From Botryllus schlosseri (Eukaryota), in assembly GCA_051294905.1 (NCBI GenBank), contig CM119386.1, positions 806,001-870,000 of the forward strand: a stretch of DNA of 64,000 nt, given 5' to 3'. How positions within the stretch are numbered: the first letter of the stretch is position 1; every line of letters begins with the position of its first letter. Below, in pieces: positions 1 through 11,700 of this stretch. The notes under the pieces are model-generated. The model saw nothing but the letters and a program-made list of their open reading frames with translations. It was not told the origin of the DNA and did no database searches. Made by a program: the position numbers and the translations under genes.

Positions 1-689
1 GCAATTTTAACCTATAAAGGCATTGCTATAAGAGAAAAAAGTATTAGATTTATGAATATGGATATAAAGAAAATACTGGCTACCCCATGAAATTATTAGG
101 TATTCCGAAAACACGATGAACAACAAATTTGGCTCATTTCCAGCCAGGACAAGCAGCGTTATTGGAGTACGATATTTTGGATTTGGGAAAATAGTGTTTA
201 CGTTGGCAAATTCTTCAAATATTTATTATAGGTATACTCACCGTAAATACTATGATTTTAAGTCTCAAATTTTGAATATCGATAACTTCGTTTCTACGGG
301 TTCAAATAGGTCAAATTCGTTGTGCCTCGTTTTGCTCGGATAATGTAACAAATTCATGGGGTAGCCAGTAACATTTAAAAATACTTTTTCTCTTGATAGC
401 AATGCCCCTATATAGGTTGGAATTGAGCAAAAATTGGTGTGCATCATTTTTTAAGTAACGTAAGAATTTCATCAAGTAGGCTAACCAGCACAATTTAATA
501 AATAAGTCATACAGTGAACACCCCTACATTATGTAGCTTTAATGTCGGAAAGTAACCATCAAAACTATAATTATCATTGATAGAAAGCAATCTATCACAT
601 CTCAAATCGAACCTTTACTAGTAATACTCTATTTGGATTCGAGCACTCGTAACGACGTGCCAAGAACTAGTCTTGGTATGAACAAAAAA

Positions 690-905
690 GAGCTTCTTGG
701 TGGTACAGAACTTCAATTTACAATTGAATAGTATATTCATATTGAAATGAACCCGACTATTTTCGGCTGACAGTCGTCAGTAACTAGTAGAGAATGATAT
801 ACAATGTTATTTTCCATTCTCTACTAGCTGCTGACGATTACCCCTGACAAGTGTCAGCCGAAAATATTCGGGTTCATTTCAATATGGATATACTATCCAA
901 TTAAA
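690..905. repeat. High-copy palindromic MITE-like family A (representative copy)
   Basis: Arm core ttgaatagtatattcatattgaaataaacccgaatattttcggctgacactcgtcaggggtaatcgtcagcaactagtagagaa and its reverse complement. About 15 copies or fragments: 690, 5315, 12558, 18295-18695, 19180, 21890, 24440-24695, 28375-28615, 35620, 36360-36665, 41305-41565, 46315, 51770, 57175, 63300. Confidence 0.8.
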
Positions 906-2539
906 ATCACTGGAGTAAAACATGGAAGTATACAGATTAGTGATTTCAAGACAAAATTGGGTTCAAGTGTAGCCAAGTATTCCTTGAAGCACATCCAAGC
1001 ATCGAAAAGTAATGAATTTTGTTATACTACATTGACTGAAGTTTGCACAATAACATACGTTGGTATCAAGTCTCAGTCATACATCGTATATACACATTAC
1101 TACATTACAGGCCACTATACAAAAACTTACTATCAACTCGAGCTGTTAGTGTCACACCAATTCATGGCATTAGTATTAAACATGAAGGAAACTTCCTCTA
1201 TATCAAGTATACATACGTGACATATTAGTACAAAAAAACATTACATCATGCAAGTATCAGACTACATAACCAAAGATACAGTAAGTCACACGAATCAGTT
1301 TGTATGTTATCACATTTTTTAGTCATTTTAATATTTAAAATACACAAAATGACTTTTTCTGTCTACATGTTAATTTTGCACACAAAATGTCAACTTGTTG
1401 ACAGGGAGGTGTGTTTACTGAAGTTTGATTACATGAAGACTGTTATAAAACCAGGCTCTGAATATGTAAATACACACCTGCTAAATGGGAATAAGGAAAC
1501 TATATTAGGGATTTTATCCAAGGCACGTTCCAGTGCCTACTGGTAGTGTTAGTGAAGAGTCTGGTATCATACTTGATTAATTGCACAGGGGGTTGTGTAA
1601 ACAATTTTCGCATCTAGCGCATGATAATATAATATCTAGATTAATGATATTACTAATAATAGGGTTAATAATATACAGAGATCGATAAATCAATTCAAAT
1701 CTAAAATATCAAACTATATCAACTAAAACTACATCGCACCAGACTACTATGTTTACCATGAGCAATGACGGTTCACCATGACGAGAATTCGCTGTTGATA
1801 CGAAAACATGATTATAGTTTATTAACAATTTCACAATTATCCAGCAATTTCCAACCATACAGTCTATGATCGTTTTCTGCAGTGTCCAGGGCGGAAGTTT
1901 TAAAAAATGCCACCAATCAGTTGTTACCGAGCTCAAAAGTTGGTTCCGTGTCACTAACCAGGCATTCTCAAGAACGTCATTGGTCGTCAATTGATTGAGA
2001 ACCATTTTCCAAATTCAAAAAGTGAAATATCTTTTGCCAAATGAGGTATTTTATAATGTAGATATAATCACTCAAGCTTCAGCCGCTTGCACAGTAGAAT
2101 TGTTAGAAAAAAAAAAATTTTCCCAAAAAATACCGTAAACTCATTGACATTGTTGAGTTGTCTACAAAAACGATTTAAAACAAATCTGACACAATTACAA
2201 CCCGTAGAAGCGAAGTTATCTGAGTTCTTCATAATAATTAAATTAAATATATCTGAAATTTGTTCTCAATCACAAATGTAAGGTGTCAATGGCTTCTCCA
2301 TTAAATAGTGTAATGAAACATCAAATTTCAAACTGAATCTGAAATCCAGAATGCATTGTTTTCAGTTGAATTCTTTTGTCATAATTACAATCCTAGTTGA
2401 GTTTGAGATTTGAAAGTTCAACTGAAAAGGTAAGCTGAAAGGCTATAGCTTGCTGATGTTGCTGGGTTTGCCTTGTGTGACCAATTTTCAGCTTATGCAT
2501 CACCCTTTGTAATGCCACCGATGTTCTGGCAACGTCATC

Positions 2540-2733
2540 TCACCGGAACGATCCATTGGTAGAACCACCGGCGGATACATCGTCGTAACGTTTCCGGCTT
2601 CCCGATTCGCCCATGTCCAAGTTTGTTTTTCCTTGGCGTTTCTTCTTGTATTGAACGAAGCATAGCACCCCGATCGCAATAATCAAGATCACAGCCAACA
2701 CACCGAGAACCACCCCCGCGATTGCACCTCCAT
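2540..2733 (-). CDS. Terminal exon: transmembrane helix plus ~37-aa cytoplasmic tail
   Basis: Acceptor TTTCTAG, phase 1. Translates (D)GGAIAGVVLGVLAVILIIAIGVLCFVQYKKKRQG...RYDDVSAGGSTNGSFR*: a 24-aa hydrophobic helix followed by a KKKR stop-transfer. TGA at 2540-2542. Confidence 0.88.
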
Positions 2734-5700
2734 CTAGAAAACACACATGTGAGACTTGAATCATGGTCACGAAAATAAAAGCTGCATATCAATGATTTAG
2801 TAACCGTTGATAATGTTTGCGTGCTCTCTTTTCTATTTTAATTCATGGTTTTCCGGAAATGCTACGGGAGAACTGCGTAGTGCGAAACAAGCCAAGCTCG
2901 GTGTAGGCTACAGATGTTTGTCATTGTCATGCTAATGAGAACGAACTTATATGAGCTTAATTTGGAATTGAAACCAGTTTCCAAATCTTTGCAAATTCAG
3001 TAATTCTAATTCAAATCTAATTTGGAAAAAAACGAGTAGCTGTAATTCCAATTGCAGTCGAATTTGGATAGGTTGAAAATTTTCTTATTGTCACCTCTAT
3101 CTTGACAGCGGCGTCCCAAGTAAAACGCAGCACAGCTGCAAGTGGGGTCTTCAGCGTCTTGTTGTCGATTGCAAGTCGCACCGTTCAAGCAATACGAGCC
3201 ACCGTCCAATTCGCATTGGTCTTCACAACTACAAAGATCATCAACAGTGCTTAGGAACGTGAATGTGCGGCTGTTAATAGCCGGTAGTAACATAGCTAGC
3301 TGGAAGAGAGAGGTTTTCAAATGTATAATGCCACTGACTATAGATACAAAACCTGGACATATTCAAATTAAATTATTGCTCAATGAGTCTTGATGCTACA
3401 CTTCTATTTATGATAGCTTCTCTTACTTTTCATCCAGTTTGCATAAGGGTTGTACAAAATAATTTTTGTTTTAAATTTTAGCGGCAATTCGATGGAATGT
3501 TAGGTTGGCTAACAAACGCTGTACACCAAATTTGGCACAGAAGTGAAGCTACATGAGTTTGAAAATTTTGAATTTATTGTAAAAAAATCTCAAATTCTAC
3601 ACCATGAAATGGTGACGTTGTCTAAAAAACAATGCGTAAAAATTCGGACTAAATTCCATCCAGCAGAAGCGAAGTTATTGAAGTTGAAAGTTTTGGATTC
3701 GAAAAATATACCATTGCAGTGGGTAATCCCACAATTATTAATGAAAAACTCGTGTAACTTTGTTTCTACGGGTTGGAATTGAGTCAAATTTATTTTCCTT
3801 CGTTTTAGAAACAGCAATTCTGTAACTAAAGCAGTCCGTAATTTGCAAAGCATCCCATCACTCAAAGAAATAAAAAGTTAACAGACAAATGCAGTAGTAC
3901 CTGACAAGGAAATTAATTCCACGATTTATATCTAGGTAACTTATATGGACACAAGGTGGGTATGTCTATGTATGTTGAAATCACATAAGAAAGCAGATTT
4001 GAAATGACTATCACATATTCCAGAGTTACAGAATCATGTTTAAATGAATATTTGTATATTGGCAATTGTGAAATTCTTCAGTAATACAAGGACCATGTAG
4101 TAATAAATCATTGTGCAACGTTCGGATGTTAAGAATAATCAAATTATTGTAATGTAGGCTACTGTACTTGTTCAAATGAGGTATTGCTAGGCAATACGAA
4201 TAAAGAACAATTATTGATTACCTTGTGCCTGGTGCAGATGAGTTGTTGTCTCTGTATGTCGCATTGCAAGAACAAGTATATCCCGGGTCTGCGTTTGTGC
4301 AGGTAGCGTACGCGTGGCAATTGTTGTCGCTCGAGTCAAGGCACTCATTAAAATCTGGTACAAATGGAAAGTAAAAACATGAATAATTGAATTCAATAAA
4401 TAAAAAATGAAAATTGAACAAAAAAAAAACCATTAAAAAGAGAGAATCTTTATTCGTCATCCGTGCAAATCAAGAACATAGAGAACAAAAAAGAAAATTG
4501 CGTGAGAGATATATGCGGGAAGCTCAATTTAACATTGTCAAAAACAAAGAACACACATCATCAAAGAAAACTGATTCAAAGAATATTATGAAAAATAGCT
4601 TGCAAGCTTTAAATCTAGTAGCATATTACATAAGTCATCTTTGCTATGAATACGATTTTTTTGATTAGTCATGTAAAATCAGTAAAAGCACACTTATCTA
4701 AAGACAGGTATCATTGCAAAAAAACTATAATTCTGTAACTAAAACAGTCTGTAATTCAAAATACATTCTACCATTTAAAGAAATAAAATGTCAACCGATG
4801 AATGTGCAGTTCATCAATTACCTGTGACACTGACAATGGATGCCGCTCTATCAGTATTATTGTTGTTAAGTGCACTCGCAATAGCAGTTGAGTCGTCATC
4901 CACAGTTGCAGGTATCCGCACATCACTAGTGCCAACGACACTGCCGCTTGTAAATGTGTAAATTTCTGACGTTATGACGGACACATCGAATGACGTTCTG
5001 AAAAGTGTGGACGTCTACAAATAGAAAGGAATTAAGAAATTGAGTTGGAACGGAGTGAAAAAGGTTTTACCGTGTTCTGAAACAGCAAAACTGTCTCCTT
5101 ATAGTAAGCGGAATTCCGATCTTCAAGGCTGGTGTTGAAAGTGATGTCTGTTCTTCTGATTACAATGGTACTGGTGAAGAAGGCTGGATAAAAACAATAC
5201 TATAGTTTAAAACAAGCAAAATGGAGGATTGCAATGAGTTTTTTGACTTAAAAGACAATGACATTTATCATTACTTCAGTAGTAGCCATTGTTACATTGA
5301 TTGATTTATGGAAGAGTATTTCAACAGATTCTTGGTGGTACAGAACTTCGACATACCATTGAATAATAAATTAATATTGAAATAAACCCGAATACTTTGG
5401 ACGTATGTTCGTCATGGGTAGTACTAGTTGCTGACGATTAACCCCGACGAGTTTCAGCCGAAATTATTTCAATGTGAATAATTTTATAACTCAAGATACC
5501 ACACGATTGCAATACAATTAGAACTTGAAGATGGCGATGCCAATTCAAGTAGTTGGTTAAAAGGATGTAATGGAAATTTGATAGTTGAAAAAATAAAAAT
5601 TATGTCTTAGAATTTCAGGGAAAAGTGGTTTGTCGCATGTGTCACAAAGCCGATCTGTTTTAGAGTAAAAAGAGTTGGTAGAAATTACGGTCTGGACATT

Positions 5701-8700
5701 TTGAGAAGATTATTGTTGAATAATGTCACATCTGACCGTTGCGACTGTAAGTTATTCATAGATTCAAATTTTGTTTCATCCAGACATGAATATAATATTA
5801 GTCTTATTGTGAATAATTCTAGCTTCATTTGGACTAGTATTTCGTACTAGGATGATTTTGATATGTATAGGCCAATAGATGTTACCTTGTATAAATAAAT
5901 GATACAAATAGCATATAAATATTCTCACTCACCCTGGCATACACCGTTGAAATTCGCTTGGAATGACGAGCATGTGACTAAAAAGAGAACATATTTACAG
6001 AGTGCAAGAAAACAAGATAATTGACTTAAAATATTGCTGTTAGTATCCAGAAATACGTCTAGCAACAGCTTATGTTAATTTTTGCGAACACCACAACCAC
6101 AGTGGTTTGAAAAGTCAGAATATGATTAAGTCTGAGATACAGAAGCGCTTTCACACTTCATATCTTACCGATCTATCTTTGCTTAGATTATCCCTGTCTG
6201 ACTCAAATTGCAATTTATATATCCAGCCATTAAACTTCATCAGTCAACAGTTCCAGTTTCCTGGATTGCATTGACCAGATTTCAGGTCAAGATTGATCAC
6301 ATTCTATAGACTCCACCTGAATCAATCTAACTGCCAACACACCAATGTTAAAATAGATTTATGTTCTAAGGAACACCCATATTTTGCTTCAAAGACAGGT
6401 GTAACAACTTTCAGTGTGTCTCTATCACATCAATCTGCAGAAGTAACAAAGTTATAAGTTATGGGCCAGTGTAGCTGCTACATTCTCTAGTGTTAGTTGC
6501 ACATCTCCAAAACTAGGATGAATTATTGGTCACAGTTCCTCATCTACATTGTGACTACTCAAAATCATGCTGCCTTTTCATTGGAATCAGATCTGGTACA
6601 TAACATTCATGATAAAAAAAACTTGATGTTTTTGTGATAGAATTGTCATAAGATTGAATTAATTCTAACAAATGAATTACTTTCAATGCCTCCGAAATAT
6701 ATTTGCAACATACTTCCTACGATAACGGAAAAGGTTTGTTCGTGTTACTGTAGGCAACATTTTAAAGACTCTGTGAGGGCACTTTCTATTAGACATGATG
6801 TTGAACAAATAAGTAAATGAGCAGAACAATGATTTTATAAGAGAAATCATAAATAAATTGGTATCAAATCATTGACTCCAATGTAAAGGCAGCAAGGATT
6901 ACCGGGATTGCTTGATGAAGACAGGACTGTCGTAGTGTGATAGCTGCTACTTGTTTTATTTTGGTTTGGTATGGTGCCAACAGTTGTTTCAATAACATGT
7001 GATGTGGTTGAATCAATTATAATGGAAGCAATAGTGTTGTGTGTAGTAATAGTTGTGTCTGATATTGTACCAGTGATCGATTCAGTAGCTGGACTTGGAG
7101 TAGCTGTATTCGATGAGCTGCCAATGGTAGATTCAGTATCTTGACCGAACGTAGTAGCTGGGACAGATGTACTACTAGGGGTAGTTTCAGTTGCTTGACC
7201 CAAAGTTGGAAACAGTTGAGATGCATTGCCTGTGGTAGATTCAGTAGCTTGACCGAACGTAGTGACTGAATTAGTTGTAGTACCAATGGTAGTTTCGATT
7301 GCATGACCTGAAGTTGGAAACAGATGAGATGCACTGCCTGTGGTGGATTCAGTAGCTTGGACAGAGGTATTATCTAGATTCGTTGTAGTATCAAGATCAG
7401 TTGTAGATTCACCAGTTTCAATTGAACCAGTTGCTGAGTCTGATGTAATACCAGCGACAGATTTTGTAGCCTGATCTGCAGTAGTAACTGGATGTGTTCT
7501 ACTACCATTTGTAGATTCAGTAGCTTGACCAGAGGTAGTAACTGAATTTGTGGTAGTATCAATCGCAGATTTGGTAGCTTCACCAGAAGTAGTAGCTGGG
7601 TTTGATGTAATACCAGCGATAAATCGAACATTATGATCTGACGTCGTACCTGGATTTGGTCCAGTACCAGCGGTAGATACAATAATAGGACCTGGAGTAG
7701 TAGCAGGGGCTGATTTACTGCTAGTGGCAAATTCAATTGCTTGATCTAAAGTAGTGGAGTGATATATTGTGGCATCAGTGGTAGCTTCAGTAGAGTTACT
7801 TGAAGTAGTAGCTGGGGCAGATGAACTACCACTAGATTGAGTAGCTTGACCTGTAGTGGAAACTGAATTTGTGGTACTACCAGTCTCAGATTCAGTAGTT
7901 TTACCAGAATTAGTTACATAGTCTGGTGTAATGTCAGTGACAGATTCTGTGGCTTGATCTGAAGTAGTAGCTGAAACCATTGTATTAGCAATAGTAGATT
8001 CAGTAGTTTCACCAACATCAGTAGCTGGATTTGATGTAATACCAGCTACAAATCGAGCATGATGATCTGATGTAGTGCTTAGATCAATTTCACTATCAAC
8101 GGTAGACTCAGTTATTGAACTCGGAGTATTAGCCGGGGCAGATATAATGCCAGTGACAGATTCAGCTGCTTGATCTGCAGTAGTAGCTAGATCTAATCTA
8201 CTACCAATGGTAGACTCAGTTGCTGGACCTCCCGTTGCAGATTCAGTAGCCTGTCCTGAAGTATTGGTCAGGTCAGATGTAATGCCAGTGGTAGAATCAG
8301 TAGCTTCACCGGTAGTAGACGGATAGGATGTGCTACCAATGGCTGATTCAGTTGCTAGACCTGAAGTAGTGGCTAAGTTTGATGTACTACCAATCACAGA
8401 TTCCGTATCTGATTCAGTATCTTGAACAGAAGTAGAAGCTAGATCCATCGTAATGTCAGTAGCCAATTCTGTAGTTTCACCTGAAGTGCTACCTTGGTTT
8501 GATGTAATATCAGCGATTAATCGAGCATGTTGGCCTGATGTAGAAGATGGGTCTGTTGTATTGCCAACGGTGAACTCAGTAATCGAACCTGGAGTACTAG
8601 CTCGGGCTGATGTAATACTAGTGACAGATTGAGTTGCTTGATCTGAATTAGTAGCTCGATGCATTTTCGTATTAGAAAGAGACTCGGTAGTTAGACCTGA

Positions 8701-11700
8701 GGGAGTAACTGTTGTGCTACCGGTGGTAGATTCAGAAGCTTGGCCTGTAGTACGTGGGACGGATGCACTACGTATGTTAGATTCAGTTGCTAGACTTGAA
8801 GAGGCAGTTGGCACAGATGTATTACCCATCCTAGATTTGTTAGCATGACCAGATGTAGTAGCTAGATCAGTTGTAGAATCAGTAGTTTGGTCTGAATTAG
8901 TAGCCGGTGTAATAACTGTGACAGATGCTGTAGCTTCACCAGAAGTAATAGCTAGATCCAATGTAGTAACAGCAGTTATCCGCACTTCATTAGTTTGACC
9001 TAAAGTAGCAACTGGGTTTGATGTGATACCAGCGATATATCTAGCATGTTGATCTGACGTAGTACGTGGATCAATTGTAGTACCAGTAGAGTCAGTTGGA
9101 CCGGGAGTAGTAGCTGGGTTTGATGTAATGCCAGTGACCGATTCAATTGCTTGACCTGCAGTAGTAGCCCGAGAAGATACATCTCCAGTTGTAGATTCAG
9201 CAGCCTGTCTCGAAGTATTAGTTAGGTCGGATGTAATGCCAATGGTAGAATCAGTTGATTTTCCCGAAGTAGTAACTGAATTTGTTATAGTGCCAATGAT
9301 AAATTCACTAGCTACACTGGTAGTAGCTGGGTGGGATGTGCCCCCAGTGGTAGATTCAGTTGTTTGATCTGCAGTAGTAACTGAATCTGTTGCAGTAACA
9401 GTGGCATATTCAGTAGTTTTGCCTGAAGTAGCAACTGGGTCAGATGTAATAATAGTGGTAGATAAAGCCGCTTGGCTGGTTGTAGCTGAGTCTGATATAT
9501 TACGCGTAGTAGATTCAGTAGCTTGACTAGATGTGGTAGCCAGATCTGTTGTAGTATCAGTGATAGATTGAATAGTTTTACCAGAATTAGTCGTTGAGTC
9601 TGATATAATTCCAGTGTCAGATTCAGTAGCTTGACCAGAAGTAGCAGTCAGATCCATGTTAGTATCAGCAGTAGATTCAATACTTTGACCTGAACTAGTA
9701 GCTGAATTTGATGTAATACCAGTGATAAATCGAGCATGTTGGCCGGACGTACTATCAAGATTTGTTCTAGTGCCAGCGGTAGACTCTGTAATTGGACCTG
9801 AAGTCGTAGCAGGGGCTGATTTAATATCAGTGACAAATTCAGTTGCTTGATCTGAAGTAGTAGCAACAGTAGTAGCTTCAGAAGTTCGACCTGAACTTGT
9901 AGCTGACTCTGCTGTAATAGCAGCTGTAGCTTGACCAGAAGTAATAGACATATCCATTGAACTATCAGCAGTTATCAGTACTTCATTAGTTTGACTTAAA
10001 GTAGTAACTGGGTTTGCTGTGATGCCAGCGATAAATCTAGCATGTTGATCTGGCGTAGTACGTGGATCAATTGTAGTACCAGTAGACTCAGTCATTGGAC
10101 CTGGAGTAGTAGCTGGGGCTGACGTAATGCCAATGACAGATTCAGTTGCTTGACCTGCAGTAGTAGCTCCAGCAGATACACCTTCAGTTGTAGATTGAGC
10201 AGCCTGCCCCGAAGTATTAGTTAGGTCGGATGTAGTGCCAGTGGTATGATGGGTAGTTTTTCCTGAAGTAGTAACTGAATTCGCTGTGGTACCAACGGTA
10301 GAATCAGTAGCTTCACTGGTAGCAACTGGGTCGAATGTGTTCCCAATGGTAGATTCAGTAGTTTTATCTATAGTAGTAACTGGGACAGATGTACTGATAA
10401 CGGCAGAGTCCGCCACTTGACCGGTTGTAGCTGAGTCTGATGTATTACCAGTGGTAGATTCAGTAGCTTGAGCAGAATTAGTCATTGAGTCTGATGTAAT
10501 GCCAGTGACATATTCCGTAGCTTGACCAGCAGCAGCAGTTCGATCCATCTTAGTATAAGCAGTAGATTCGATAGTTTGATCTGAGCTAGTAGCTTGATTT
10601 GATGTAATACCAGCAATATATCGAGCACGTTGGCCCAACGTAGTACCTAGATTTGTTCTAGCAGTAGACTCGGTAATTGGACCTGAAGTCGTAGCAGGGG
10701 CTGATTTAATATCAGTGACGGATTTTATTTCTTGACCTGATGTAGCAGATACATACATTGCAGTAGTTTGACCAGTGGTAGATTTAGCCGCTTGACCTGA
10801 CGTAGTAGCTGGATCTGTTGTAGTACCGTCGTTAAAGTCAGTAACTGGGCCTGAAGTAGTAGCCGGGGCTGAAGTGTCACCAGTGGTAGTTTCAGTATGT
10901 CGACTTAAACTAGTAGCTAGATTTGATGATGAAGTCCTAATGGTTGCAGTGACAATTTCAGTGAAGAGAATTGGTATAGTGTTCGTATAAAGTGTCTGTG
11001 ATGTTGAATTTGACAGTGCAAAGTTATTTTTTTCCGTCGTTTTCATTGTTATGTAATTAGTAAAAGCCATCACACCATCCGTTGAACTCGATACACCTGA
11101 CCAAGACATCATTCAACAGCAAATATTAACAACCTTCAACAGCAAATATTAGAAGAACTCCAAACAGTAAAGCCAGTAGAAAAATTAATATTCATCACAA
11201 TACCCCGATATATAACATATTCATTGTCAATCAGTCGTATAAATTGCCATAATTAGTCTCCCTCACACAGAAAATACAGGTCTACTTATCATATCGACAA
11301 AAGAACGCTTCAAATCTATAAGACATCATGTTCTGAAATTTGTGGTGAATGATGCGTAATCTAAATTTATAAAAACAACAAAATTCAACATTCTTACATA
11401 TCAGAGGCATGTCATCCAGAGAATTGTACTTCCCATTGAGAGAGAGTGCATGTTGTACAAAAATAAAACTAAATGTAAAATATGCAACTCGCTACCGACA
11501 CTTCAAATTGATTATTTTCTTGGATCAATCAATTTTTATACAAATCTACTGTTATAACTAGGGCTGGACAAATTCGAGTACTTGAGAGATTCTGAATTGA
11601 GTTTAAACAGTACCGTATGAATGGAAGAATATAATGGCGTTTCTACATCAGATTCAAGATGATTTGGTATTTCCACGGCCATGCCTATTTCATTGCACTT

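Noticed and set aside
116-2281. Short ORFs of 60-98 aa in the 3' flank
   Set aside because: They are AT-rich, overlap repeat families A and C, and show no recognisable protein features.
11112-11190. Hydrophobic ILIFLLALLFGVLLIFAVEGC upstream of the mucin ORF, as a possible separate signal peptide
   Set aside because: It has no in-frame ATG, ends in a stop, and is out of frame with the mucin ORF even after removing the local 23-bp duplication. A phase-1 acceptor at 11097 explains the ORF as an internal exon.
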